A stretch of DNA of 64,000 nucleotides from IMG/VR virus record IMGVR_UViG_3300027983_002388; one strand, given 5' to 3'. The position numbers and the translations under genes are program-made. The stretch's first letter is position 1. The number at the start of each line of letters is the position of its first letter. The notes below the pieces were generated by a model. That model worked only from the letters and a program-made list of their open reading frames with translations, was not told the DNA's origin and made no database searches. Below, one piece after another: positions 1 to 8,802 of this stretch. Source of the stretch: a virus. Lineage: Duplodnaviria; Caudoviricetes.

Positions 1-1070
1 TCAGAAGAAAATCTCATTAAAGTCCCAGACGCCATTCTATCGAGAATAGATTGATGACCAATTCCATTGCGGTCAGTTCTGGATACGTCGATATTAGTGA
101 CAGCGGCTACTGTGGAATTATTGAATCGAATTTCACCTGTTGCCGATGACATCGCTGTGTTAGTGTTAAAGGTGTATGGCAAGCCAAAACCCAATCCAGA
201 TATACCTTGGTTGCCCTGATTTCCGGTTAACCCTTGATTGCCTTGGAATCCTTGATTGCCTTGTAATCCTTGACTGCCTTGATTCCCCTGGTTGCCTTGT
301 AACCCTTGATTTCCGGTCAACCCTTGGTTTCCTTGATTTCCTTGATTGCCTTGGTTTCCTTGATTTCCTTGATTGCCTTGATTGCCTTGAAAACCCTGTG
401 AACCAGTTACACCAGCCGTGCCTTGATTGCCTTGTGAACCTTGATTTCCTTGGTTTCCTTGATTTCCTTGATTGCCTTGGTTTCCTTGATTTCCTTGATT
501 GCCTTGATTACCCTGAAAGCCAACTGTTCCTGACGCTCCTTGATTTCCCTGAAAGCCTTGATTGCCCTGATTTCCTTGCGTTCCTTGATTTCCCTGATTT
601 CCTTGTAAACCTTGTAAACCTTGATTACCCTGAAAGCCAACTGTTCCTGACGCTCCCTGAAAGCCTTGATTGCCCTGATCTCCTTGCGTTCCTTGATTTT
701 TTCCTTGTAAACCTTGTGCGCCAATGCTGGTATCGACCCAAGCTAATTGACTGACGCCTTGATAACCAATGGCTTGTCCTGCGGTGCCTACAGTTGTAGG
801 AAATTGATACTGGCTCTGTACGCCAATTGATGCTGCTTGAACATTGCCCAAAGAAATCATCGCACCAGTGCGCATCAACATATGCACTTCGGTAGTGGTT
901 AGTTCAAGGCTGTCTTTAGCCATCACTAAGTCACTGAGAGCTTGTATAAAGCCATCAGCGTCTACTGAATCAATCTCTATGTTCTGGGGGTGAGTCGAAA
1001 CGACGGTGCCATTCTCGTCAACCACCAAGTAGGTTGCTGTTAGCACTGGTTTAGTTATTACAATTGGCAT
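1..1070 (-). CDS. Collagen-like (Gly-X-Gln) fibre protein, 3' partial (runs off left edge)
   Basis: Not in the ORF track. Manual translation from ATG at 1070 (SD GGAG upstream): MPIVITKPVLTATYLVV...GAQGLQGKNQGTQGDQGNQGFQG...GNQGISGLGFGLPYTFN...; open to base 1. Confidence 0.85.
   Translation of the reverse strand, partial: MPIVITKPVLTATYLVVDENGTVVSTHPQNIEIDSVDADGFIQALSDLVMAKDSLELTTTEVHMLMRTGAMISLGNVQAASIGVQSQYQFPTTVGTAGQAIGYQGVSQLAWVDTSIGAQGLQGKNQGTQGDQGNQGFQGASGTVGFQGNQGLQGLQGNQGNQGTQGNQGNQGFQGNQGASGTVGFQGNQGNQGNQGNQGNQGNQGNQGNQGSQGNQGTAGVTGSQGFQGNQGNQGNQGNQGNQGNQGNQGLTGNQGLQGNQGNQGSQGLQGNQGFQGNQGLTGNQGNQGISGLGFGLPYTFNTNTAMSSATGEIRFNNSTVAAVTNIDVSRTDRNGIGHQSILDRMASGTLMRFSS
205..722 (-). repeat. 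Collagen triplet repeat region (9-nt units such as ccttgattt/ccttgattg) with an internal imperfect duplication (~505-615 vs ~620-715)
   Basis: Visible 9-nt periodicity encoding GNQ/GLQ/GFQ/GTQ. Confidence 0.9.
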
Positions 1071-1115
1071 TCTATGATTTCTCCACTCTCTTAAAGCAGC
1101 GTCAAGCAGTCGTTT

Positions 1116-1121
1116 TATATA
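1116..1121. promoter_or_regulatory. Palindromic TATATA box between divergent genes (candidate late promoter)
   Basis: Same motif recurs in intergenic gaps at 12846, 16942, 45984, 49456 and 57993. Confidence 0.4.
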
Positions 1122-1137
1122 GTGGAGTTCGGAAAAA

Positions 1138-2034
1138 ATGATGCCAAATTACGATCCTGAACATTTATGGTGGGAACCATACAAGCAGCACCCGAAAAAA
1201 AGCAGGATAATCCCGAAAATTATTCATCAGATGTGGATTGGAGAAAATCCACCAATGAATCTTATAAACACCTGGAAAGAGCAAAATCCTGAGTGGCGGC
1301 ACATATTGTGGACGGACAAAACACTCAAAGAGTGGAAATTTCGTAATCAAGACAAACTTGACCATATGTCCGAACCTAACGGCAAATGTGATATTATGCG
1401 ATATGAAATACTTTATCGCATGGGTGGTTTTTTCGTGGACGCCGACACAATTTGTATTAGGCCGTTAGAGGAAAAGCTGTTCGAGTACGATTGTGTGTCG
1501 GTATATGAAGGCGAAAAACAACGTGGTGGCTTGATCGCTTGCGGTTTCATGGCTTGTCAGCCTCGATGCGAACTAATGAAACTCTGCATTGAAGGAATCG
1601 AAAAAGTCGCAAGTCCGGCGTGGTGGCATGTGGGTCCAGCTTATTTCACCCACATTGTAAAAATCCACAAATATCCAATCAGAATCTATCCATCTCATTA
1701 TTTCATACCAAAACACTACGCTGGTCCAATGTACAAAGGCCCTGGACCTGTTTTTTGCGATCACCTTTGGGGAGTAACCTATGAAGGAGGATATGAGCGA
1801 TTTGTTGGTCTTATGCCAAAGAATCGGACAATCCAAGTTCAGCAGCCAAAAGTTCAGCAGCGTCAGCCAAGGCTTCAAATGGCTGGTATTTGCCGTCGTA
1901 TGGGTATTTTATGTCAATCCCGATACATGATACAGGATCATACATCAAATCAATCTCTTGAGCATGATGGTCAACCGTGTAGCCGAGTGCCAAACTCTGC
2001 AACTCAGGTAATGAAGGTGCGATCCCCTTCTTAG
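1138..2034 (+). CDS. Glycosyltransferase family 32 (OCH1-like, DXD)
   Basis: IPKIIHQMWIG, DIMRYEILYRMGGFFVDADT; last ~75 aa overlap the convergent gene. Confidence 0.85.
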   Translation: MMPNYDPEHLWWEPYKQHPKKSRIIPKIIHQMWIGENPPMNLINTWKEQNPEWRHILWTDKTLKEWKFRNQDKLDHMSEPNGKCDIMRYEILYRMGGFFVDADTICIRPLEEKLFEYDCVSVYEGEKQRGGLIACGFMACQPRCELMKLCIEGIEKVASPAWWHVGPAYFTHIVKIHKYPIRIYPSHYFIPKHYAGPMYKGPGPVFCDHLWGVTYEGGYERFVGLMPKNRTIQVQQPKVQQRQPRLQMAGICRRMGILCQSRYMIQDHTSNQSLEHDGQPCSRVPNSATQVMKVRSPS

Positions 2035-2728
2035 CACGATCAAAGAACATTTTCCAATGCGACCAATCTGGTCGTAGCCCTCTATTTGCTGGATTGGCTA
2101 ATTTTGCTGTCCATCCAACGAGGGCTTTTTTCATGAATTGGTCTGCTGACCGAATGGGAAAATGAGCCAGATGCAGATGTGGTGAAATCACCATTCGCAA
2201 TACGCCGTCTCCCAAATAAACCTCGTGACACCCCTCTCGCATATGTGTATTCATGTCCAATATTGGACCTGGAATCATTGTTTTGTGCTGATTAGGATTG
2301 ATGTGTTTATTGCGATAGCAGATGTCCCTCAAAATATGAAAATTATCCTCTTTGGTCGGAGCATAGTTCCACCACAATGCCGAAAGAGTGCATGGATAGT
2401 TTTTTGGCAAATCATGAGCAGCCTGTCGAATGTCTCCCACAACGAACTCATCAGCGTCTATTGCCATCAACACAGAAGGCTTGTGTTTCTCTCGAACCTC
2501 TTTAAGAAGACTTGTCATGGCCTCGCCCTGAGCGTGGTAAAAAGAAGTTGACTGAGTCACCGTCAGTGGCAGTCCCTCTTTAACCAAGGCGGCAAGGATG
2601 TCTGAAGTGCCGTCTTTGCTTAGATGGTCGATGATAAACACATGATCGAAAATTATAGCATGATACCTGACAAACAATTCAATGATGTCAGCTTCGTTGC
2701 GAACAATACTTATAACAGCACTTTTCAT
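1811..2728 (-). CDS. Glycosyltransferase family 2-like (GT-A)
   Basis: ISIVRNEADIIELFVRYH, IDHLSKDGT, AIDADEF, HLAHFPIRS. Confidence 0.85.
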   Translation of the reverse strand: MKSAVISIVRNEADIIELFVRYHAIIFDHVFIIDHLSKDGTSDILAALVKEGLPLTVTQSTSFYHAQGEAMTSLLKEVREKHKPSVLMAIDADEFVVGDIRQAAHDLPKNYPCTLSALWWNYAPTKEDNFHILRDICYRNKHINPNQHKTMIPGPILDMNTHMREGCHEVYLGDGVLRMVISPHLHLAHFPIRSADQFMKKALVGWTAKLANPANRGLRPDWSHWKMFFDRAKKGIAPSLPELQSLALGYTVDHHAQEIDLMYDPVSCIGIDIKYPYDGKYQPFEALADAAELLAAELGLSDSLA

Positions 2729-3738
2729 GGTAGCTTAATGCCCTTCTTTTTCAACAATGATTGTTGAATGAAATGACCCCAATGCTGGGACATAAACTTA
2801 TCATGCCACGGCAATATTTCTTTGCTAATTCCCCGTGACATATTAAAAAGAATCTCTGGATTATCTTTTAAGAAAAGAATCTTCTCTGCACAGGCTTCGG
2901 CATTGCGATCAATGATGAATAAATTTTTGAAGTAATCGCAATAACCAACCTTAGTCATAATAGGAACACACCCACATGCGGCAGCTTCGTGTAGAGTGCA
3001 TGGACCACCTTCAGAAATAGACAAGCAAACGAACACCTGACATTCATTGTACAATGAATTCATTTCTTCTGGAGTCCGCTTGTTGTTGAATGAATCGGTA
3101 AGAATCTCAACAAATTCAATGTCGGTTCGATGGGCGAGTAATTCTTTAACCCGTTGCCAGATCGGATAACCCTTGTGATCCAATCGAACAATGCTCGACG
3201 AAAAGAAAACCTTGAACTTTCTTTTCTGAATTGGCATGTCAGGACCAAATACATGCAAATCTACACCATCAAATGTTGTGTAGATATTGCTGAATCCTGC
3301 TTTGGAAAAATTTTCGTATGCCCAAGGATTGTTGACAGACAAGGCATTGAATACAGCATATCTTCTCAGATCGTTTTGAATCAACTCCAAAGGAGTAACC
3401 TCGTTCTGAGTCAGAATAAACTGCGTGCCTTTTTTGTTTTGGTCGGCAACAAAAGCAAACCAACGATCATAACCAGGGACGTTATAGCCGTGAAGATGCC
3501 AAATCACATCGTACTTTTTTTGTCTCATCATATCTTCCCAATAACCAAATTCAGGGGCGAGATCACAACGAGCGTAGCCGATGTCTATTTCAAATTGTGG
3601 CAGATACTTTCTGTATTGATGTCCTTTAATGTCGAAGCTCCAGTTGGGAACATCAGCAACATAAAGCACTTTTGGCTTAATGGAATATTCAAATAAATGA
3701 GGCGGATTTAGATTGAATAAAGTGGTTTCTTGACTCAT
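2725..3738 (-). CDS. Glycosyltransferase family 4 (GT-B)
   Basis: VFVCLSISEGGPCTLHEAAACGCVPIMTKVG (EX7E motif); start moved to MSQETT. Confidence 0.8.
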   Translation of the reverse strand: MSQETTLFNLNPPHLFEYSIKPKVLYVADVPNWSFDIKGHQYRKYLPQFEIDIGYARCDLAPEFGYWEDMMRQKKYDVIWHLHGYNVPGYDRWFAFVADQNKKGTQFILTQNEVTPLELIQNDLRRYAVFNALSVNNPWAYENFSKAGFSNIYTTFDGVDLHVFGPDMPIQKRKFKVFFSSSIVRLDHKGYPIWQRVKELLAHRTDIEFVEILTDSFNNKRTPEEMNSLYNECQVFVCLSISEGGPCTLHEAAACGCVPIMTKVGYCDYFKNLFIIDRNAEACAEKILFLKDNPEILFNMSRGISKEILPWHDKFMSQHWGHFIQQSLLKKKGIKLP

Positions 3739-4444
3739 TAGGTTCAAAGCCCTTTTTCTTTGGCGCAGAAGCCAGTGCTGGCGGTAATTCAAACGGATAT
3801 TCTACATCCGGCATGTGATTGTACCCCTTCATGTCTTTCAAGAAGGAATCAACTTGCTGGTCTGTGTAACCGAGTAGTTCTCCAATTCTTTTGTGAATTG
3901 GTTTACAATTCATACCGCCATAGCCTCGTTTACAAAACACATCGCACCTACCATGCAGCATTTGATTGACACGGCCTATGATTTCTGGAGCGACATTGCC
4001 GTGATCGGCAGAAGTGAGGAAATCCAAATAATATTGACATTGATAGACCTTCCACAATTCTTCGGCGGCTGCACGTCCTCCAACTATGATATTTGTTCTT
4101 GAATATCCTGGCAAATTCATGTGAATAATATGAAAATCAGGCCGCACTTTAATGCCATGCGTCAATAATTCTGCCTGAATGCGACCAAGGTTGCCAAAAT
4201 CCTTCTTGATCGCATCAGCGACAACGGATGAGGCGGGACTTTCGGGATGATAGTCATAACGCACAATAGCGGCTGGTTTAAGCCCCAATATGGCAGCGAT
4301 TAGATGATCGCCAGAATGCGGCCCAGGCTTGTAGGTTGCCTGAGTATGGTAAATGCGTGCCTGAGCCTCTGGAGAAAGTTCCAGGGCTTCTGCAAAGGTT
4401 ACGACATGACCCTGATCGAGTCTGAAGACCTCGCTGACAACCAA
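3689..4444 (-). CDS. Hypothetical protein; likely true ATG at 4469 is one base out of frame
   Basis: 251-aa ORF with TTG start; removing one T from the T5 run gives N-terminus MGLRFSKWLVVSE. Confidence 0.65.
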   Translation of the reverse strand: MVVSEVFRLDQGHVVTFAEALELSPEAQARIYHTQATYKPGPHSGDHLIAAILGLKPAAIVRYDYHPESPASSVVADAIKKDFGNLGRIQAELLTHGIKVRPDFHIIHMNLPGYSRTNIIVGGRAAAEELWKVYQCQYYLDFLTSADHGNVAPEIIGRVNQMLHGRCDVFCKRGYGGMNCKPIHKRIGELLGYTDQQVDSFLKDMKGYNHMPDVEYPFELPPALASAPKKKGFEPNESRNHFIQSKSASFI

Positions 4445-4454
4445 CCATTTAGAA

Positions 4455-4500
4455 AAATCTTAATCCCATGCGGTATTTAAGCCGCATGGGATTAAGATTT
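4455..4500. promoter_or_regulatory. Perfect 19-bp inverted repeat, 8-nt loop; on - strand TAAATA in the loop, ATG in the 3' arm, T-tract after
   Basis: aaatcttaatcccatgcgg-tatttaag-ccgcatgggattaagattt. Confidence 0.75.
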
Positions 4501-4714
4501 ATATAACTTCAAGCACGGTTTCGATTTGAGCAAATTCTTCAATTTTGAACGCTGGAATGGAGATGAGAGCCGTCAATCCACCATCATACTTGAGTTCGCC
4601 ACCCAATTCATTCAATTTTTGAATATCTTCAGGCGAAAGAGAAGTCGTCAAAAACAGCTTGAAATGAGTCGGCTCCAAGCTATTAGGGTCAAAAGTCGCC
4701 TTTATTTTGCTCAT
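4499..4714 (-). CDS. Hypothetical protein (71 aa)
   Basis: ORF coupled to the upstream gene by ATGA overlap. Confidence 0.65.
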   Translation of the reverse strand: MSKIKATFDPNSLEPTHFKLFLTTSLSPEDIQKLNELGGELKYDGGLTALISIPAFKIEEFAQIETVLEVI

Positions 4715-5298
4715 GACTCATCCTTTGGCATCCCGGCATTACGGGCATAAATAGTTGCCAATTGCTCAACGGTGACGTTGTAGTGATACCGAAACAACAT
4801 CTTCTTGATGCTTTCCAAAGGAACCTTGTGGGACAATTGATTCTTCTCCCACAGGGACTTGCACATCTTTTCCAAATGTTTCCGGTTCTTTTCCTTATCG
4901 TCCAAATATGGAGCAATATCGTTGACCCACCAAGGCGAAGTTGCCTCTTCGATCTGAACTCGATATTGATACTGAAATGCCATCTCAAAGTATGGCATCA
5001 ACTCCCGGACCATCGTGTTGGTGTTGTCCACAATCGCCAAAGGAAGCTGCCGCTGCATTCGCATACGAATATTCTTATGGCACTGCTTGTGAGCCATGCC
5101 CAGCTTTTCGATGGACCAGTTGGCGACATACTCTTCAGGGGTATTGCCAAAGAAGTGGTCGGCAGAGTGAATCACAGAAGGATCATCACCAGCCAATTCC
5201 ATCGCACGATAGCTCTTGCCTGATGAGGGAACCCCTCGCATCAAGATCAATACCTTATCGTTGTTCGGATCGAACATCCACTGGAATGCGCTGTTCAT
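4711..5298 (-). CDS. P-loop kinase, AAA_33/N4BP2-like
   Basis: LILMRGVPSSGKSYRA, IHSADHFF, IVDNTNT. Confidence 0.8.
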   Translation of the reverse strand: MNSAFQWMFDPNNDKVLILMRGVPSSGKSYRAMELAGDDPSVIHSADHFFGNTPEEYVANWSIEKLGMAHKQCHKNIRMRMQRQLPLAIVDNTNTMVRELMPYFEMAFQYQYRVQIEEATSPWWVNDIAPYLDDKEKNRKHLEKMCKSLWEKNQLSHKVPLESIKKMLFRYHYNVTVEQLATIYARNAGMPKDES

Positions 5299-5442
5299 TT
5301 TCTGCTTTCTTTATCGCCTCGTTAAAAGCCCCGCCTGCGATACCAGCACAAGCTATTGCCGCAATTATCAGGAATGTAACAAAATCCTCTTCACGATACT
5401 TTATCGCAAGAATTACAAAAAGCAATACGCCCAGGGTGCAAA

Positions 5443-5598
5443 CTAGCGACCCACGGATTCATCCTTGACGGAAGACAAAACAATATCCGCTGCTTGCCCT
5501 GTAGCGAACGATCCATCTTCGTGTCGAATTTCAAACGGAGAATTACATTCAATGGTCCAGCCGTTTGATTCCAATATTTTTTCATCTTGCGTTTTCAT
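5443..5598 (-). CDS. Small hypothetical protein (MKTQDEKILESNGW...)
   Basis: ATGA coupling with the upstream gene's stop. Confidence 0.55.
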   Translation of the reverse strand: MKTQDEKILESNGWTIECNSPFEIRHEDGSFATGQAADIVLSSVKDESVGR

Positions 5599-6542
5599 CG
5601 GAAAAACTCCGTGTGATCCACGAATTTGAAGCCGCAACGGGCGGCAAAGGTCTTGTCGGTCGTCATGTCACCGACGTAAGTGCATTTACGAGGATCGAGC
5701 TTGTATTTGTAGATCAACTCCACGCCCATTCCAGGACCGGGCTTCCGACAATAACAAGTAATCGGAGGAACCTTGTGAGGACAATACAAGATTTCCTTGA
5801 ATTCCACGCCCAACTGCTTTGTGGTTTCTGCAAAACAGGCTTCGGCATCTGCCGCTGTGAGTTTTCCTTTGGCGATGCCTGACTGATTGCTGGCCCCCAG
5901 GATTAAGACTCCCTGAAGACCTACGATTCGTTTGAGTCGAACAGACCGCTGTTTAATGGCTCGAACTTGATCCGGCGAAACCGGATATTTCTCTTCACCA
6001 ACATGGGTTCGGAGTGTGCCATCAAAATCAAAAATGGCAGCTTCATTGACCCAATCAGCGGGATAAATCCGCACGAACTTTTCAGATTTTACCGAAGCGA
6101 ATCCCTCTGCAACCGTGGGCTTTTCAAAGTCTTTGCGATATTTGTAGAGAACGGCGACAGGGAAAAGATTCGGGTCGTCTTTGTACGGAGCCAACTTGTG
6201 GTCGTCGGGATGAAGAATCTTTCCGCAGCGTTCCATCATGCGACAACAAGCGTTGAATTGAGCGTCTTCAAGCGACGTATCCATCAGCACAAAATGGACA
6301 TCAACTCCAACGTCTTTTGCGGCTTTGAGAACTTCGGCCCGGCTCGTTTTGGTCGCATATAGATTGTCCATGACGACATTCTTGCCTGCCCGAAGTGCGG
6401 CCAGCATGGGCGAAATGAGGTCATTCACCTTGCCGCCCAAAGTATCCCGATTCAATCGGGTGTATCCCTGGTCAACAAAACGCTTTGTGACCGTTGTTTT
6501 CCCACCCGCAGGCATTCCGCCAACCAAAACGACTTCTGCCAT
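5595..6542 (-). CDS. Polynucleotide kinase/phosphatase-like fusion: AAA_33 kinase + HAD-IIIA phosphatase
   Basis: GGMPAGGKTT, RLNRD, VMDNLY; DFDGT, SNQSG, CPH...CYCRKP, YVGDM; SD AAGGAG before ATG 6542. Confidence 0.85.
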   Translation of the reverse strand: MAEVVLVGGMPAGGKTTVTKRFVDQGYTRLNRDTLGGKVNDLISPMLAALRAGKNVVMDNLYATKTSRAEVLKAAKDVGVDVHFVLMDTSLEDAQFNACCRMMERCGKILHPDDHKLAPYKDDPNLFPVAVLYKYRKDFEKPTVAEGFASVKSEKFVRIYPADWVNEAAIFDFDGTLRTHVGEEKYPVSPDQVRAIKQRSVRLKRIVGLQGVLILGASNQSGIAKGKLTAADAEACFAETTKQLGVEFKEILYCPHKVPPITCYCRKPGPGMGVELIYKYKLDPRKCTYVGDMTTDKTFAARCGFKFVDHTEFFR

Positions 6543-6611
6543 GAGTTGCTCCTTTTGAAGTTGTAAAGACCAGAAACTATACCACAGAAGACTTCTTGTG
6601 TAAAGCAACAA

Positions 6612-6715
6612 CAAAAAGGCTTCAAAGTATCTCTTTTACAGCGACAGAATATGAGGAAAAGACCAAAAAGGCTTCAAAGTATCTCTTTTACAGCGACAGA
6701 ATATGAGGAAAAGAC
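6612..6715 (+). repeat. Perfect tandem duplication, 2 x 52 bp, covering the leader and SD of the GT2 gene
   Basis: caaaaaggcttcaaagtatctcttttacagcgacagaatatgaggaaaagac at 6612-6663 and 6664-6715. Confidence 0.95.
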
Positions 6716-6719
6716 CAAT

Positions 6720-7778
6720 ATGACCCCAAAAGTAAGCATCGTAGTTCCCGTATGGAACGAAGAAAAATACCTAGAAAAATCCTTAGACACAATACGCTGC
6801 CAGACCTTTGAAGATTTCGAGGTCATTATCGTTGATGACTGTTCCACTGATCGAACCCCTAAAATCATCAAATATTTTGAAACACTCGATCCTCGCTTCA
6901 GAAGCATAAGGCTGTCAAAGAACTCCGGAACTGGCACGGCTTTGAATGCGGGATTCAAAGAAGCAGTTGGAAAATATCAAACATGGTTAAGTGGTGACAG
7001 TTGGGTCATGGATGATGCTATTGAAAAACTTACGACGGCTTTGGATAAAACGGGACCAGAAATTGTTCTGGTGTACGCTGATTGGCTGCAAGTTGACGAT
7101 GTGTTTGGCGTTGTAGAAGAACGTAAAAACCCAGAATACAACAAAAAAGCACTGCAAGACTTTTGCTACCTGGGACCAAGTTGGCTTTGGCGGAAAGAAG
7201 CCAAGGACAAGGCAGGCGAATATTGTGCAGAAATCTGTGAGGACTATTACATGCACTTGCTTTTGTCTGAGCAGGGCGATTTTCAACACGTCCCGAAGAC
7301 ATTAGGGATTTGGCGAAATCACGCAGAAAACTTAACCAATAAAGTTAACAATCCAGAGGGATGGACTCAATCGGTCGTGGCACGAGCGATGGCTCGCTGG
7401 ACATTCTGCAAATACAGAGCGGCGTACATCTCCCAAACTTATACTTCAGAAGGATGGAAGTTCGTCGATATGATGAACAAAATTACTGACGACTTTTCTT
7501 ATAGGCACATTACCTATGAACAAAGGCATGACTTCACCATCGGTGAACATGATGAAAAGATAGAAGAAATCCTCAAGGAATGTGATGTGGTGATTCTCTG
7601 GGGTGTAATGCCAGATTGCCTAAAAGATAAAATACATTGTCCAATTGTCGGTGACAAATGGACCAATGACCAAAACTTAGTTCCAGAATACGAACAACGA
7701 TATAAGGATGCAATCAATGGAACCATACGCAAGCAACAAAGCAAGCCTACACTTAAACCAACTGGTTCAACTGCGTGA
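6720..7778 (+). CDS. Glycosyltransferase family 2 with C-terminal extension
   Basis: VSIVVPVWNEEKYL, IVDDCSTD, ALNAGF, CEDYYMHL; start after GAGG of repeat copy 2. Confidence 0.9.
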   Translation: MTPKVSIVVPVWNEEKYLEKSLDTIRCQTFEDFEVIIVDDCSTDRTPKIIKYFETLDPRFRSIRLSKNSGTGTALNAGFKEAVGKYQTWLSGDSWVMDDAIEKLTTALDKTGPEIVLVYADWLQVDDVFGVVEERKNPEYNKKALQDFCYLGPSWLWRKEAKDKAGEYCAEICEDYYMHLLLSEQGDFQHVPKTLGIWRNHAENLTNKVNNPEGWTQSVVARAMARWTFCKYRAAYISQTYTSEGWKFVDMMNKITDDFSYRHITYEQRHDFTIGEHDEKIEEILKECDVVILWGVMPDCLKDKIHCPIVGDKWTNDQNLVPEYEQRYKDAINGTIRKQQSKPTLKPTGSTA

Positions 7779-8802
7779 CAGCAAGCAACCCTATCCTATT
7801 CACGTTCAATTGATTGTTTCTGATTACTGTAATCAGGATTGCAGCTTTTGCGCATACCGAACAAGTGGGTATAGCAGTAATGAACTATTCAAAATCATCG
7901 ACGACAATGGTGGCGTAAACAATAATCCCCGTCGTATGATTCCTTGGGAGAAATTACAAGAGGTAGTGGAAGACTGCCACAAGATGGGTGTGAGAGCCAT
8001 TCAAATTACAGGTGGCGGTGAACCGACGCTGCACCCAAACTTCAATGAACTGTGCGAGATGATTCTCTCAAAAAACATTGACTTGGCTCTTGTCAGCAAT
8101 GGATTGCTGTTAAACAAAAAACGTGCTGAAATCATTGCCAGAGCAACATGGGCCAGGATTTCAATTGATGCGGGAACTCCAGAAACTTATTCAGGAATCA
8201 GAAATGTTCCCAAGCAAGAGTTGGGAATTGTAGAAAAAAACATTCGTTATCTCACTTCAATCCCTGATCGTAAAGCCACGGTCGGCATCGGCTTTGTTGT
8301 GACAAAAGAAAACTACAAAGAGATAGCAATTGGTTGCAGACAATTCAAAGAATGGGGTGCAGATAACGTAAGATTATCGGCTGTATTCCAGAATGATGAA
8401 GAAAGGTTCTATGATGGAATCCATGATGAAATCATGGAACAAATTGAAACCATTTCTTATTTGAACGATAAGAAGTTCAGAATATTCAACAACTACAACT
8501 CTCGATACGCAGACCTAGAACAAGGCAAACCGGATTACGAGAAATGCGGTTACATGAACTTCACAACTTACATTGGTGGCGACCAACACGTCTACACCTG
8601 CTGTGTGAATGCTTATAACCAAAAAGGTCAAATCGGCAGCATCAAAGAAATGAGTTTCAAAGACCTCTGGGACAGCAAACACAAACAAGAATTCTTTGGC
8701 GAATTTGATGCTCGCAACTGCACTCGTTGCATGTTCAACGACAAAAACAGAGCAATCAATCAGTTGCTTGTTGAGCCTCAATCACACGATAATTTCGTTT
8801 AG
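7717..8802 (+). CDS. Radical SAM / SPASM-domain protein
   Basis: CNQDCSFC, ITGGGEPTLHP, RISIDAG, C-terminal VYTCC...CTRC. Confidence 0.9.
   Translation: MEPYASNKASLHLNQLVQLRDSKQPYPIHVQLIVSDYCNQDCSFCAYRTSGYSSNELFKIIDDNGGVNNNPRRMIPWEKLQEVVEDCHKMGVRAIQITGGGEPTLHPNFNELCEMILSKNIDLALVSNGLLLNKKRAEIIARATWARISIDAGTPETYSGIRNVPKQELGIVEKNIRYLTSIPDRKATVGIGFVVTKENYKEIAIGCRQFKEWGADNVRLSAVFQNDEERFYDGIHDEIMEQIETISYLNDKKFRIFNNYNSRYADLEQGKPDYEKCGYMNFTTYIGGDQHVYTCCVNAYNQKGQIGSIKEMSFKDLWDSKHKQEFFGEFDARNCTRCMFNDKNRAINQLLVEPQSHDNFV

Noticed and set aside
176-754. 192-aa + strand ORF (LDCLDF repeats) and 105-aa - strand ORF 407-724
   Set aside because: Shadow frames of the collagen repeat; the real gene is the Gly-X-Gln frame from 1070
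5270-5460. Hydrophobic - strand frame (SLVCTLGVLLFVILAIK...) as a membrane-protein gene
   Set aside because: No in-frame ATG/GTG/TTG after the upstream stop; may be a frameshifted remnant but cannot be supported as a CDS
6612-6715. Mini CRISPR or att site
   Set aside because: Two directly abutting copies, no spacer, no integrase nearby
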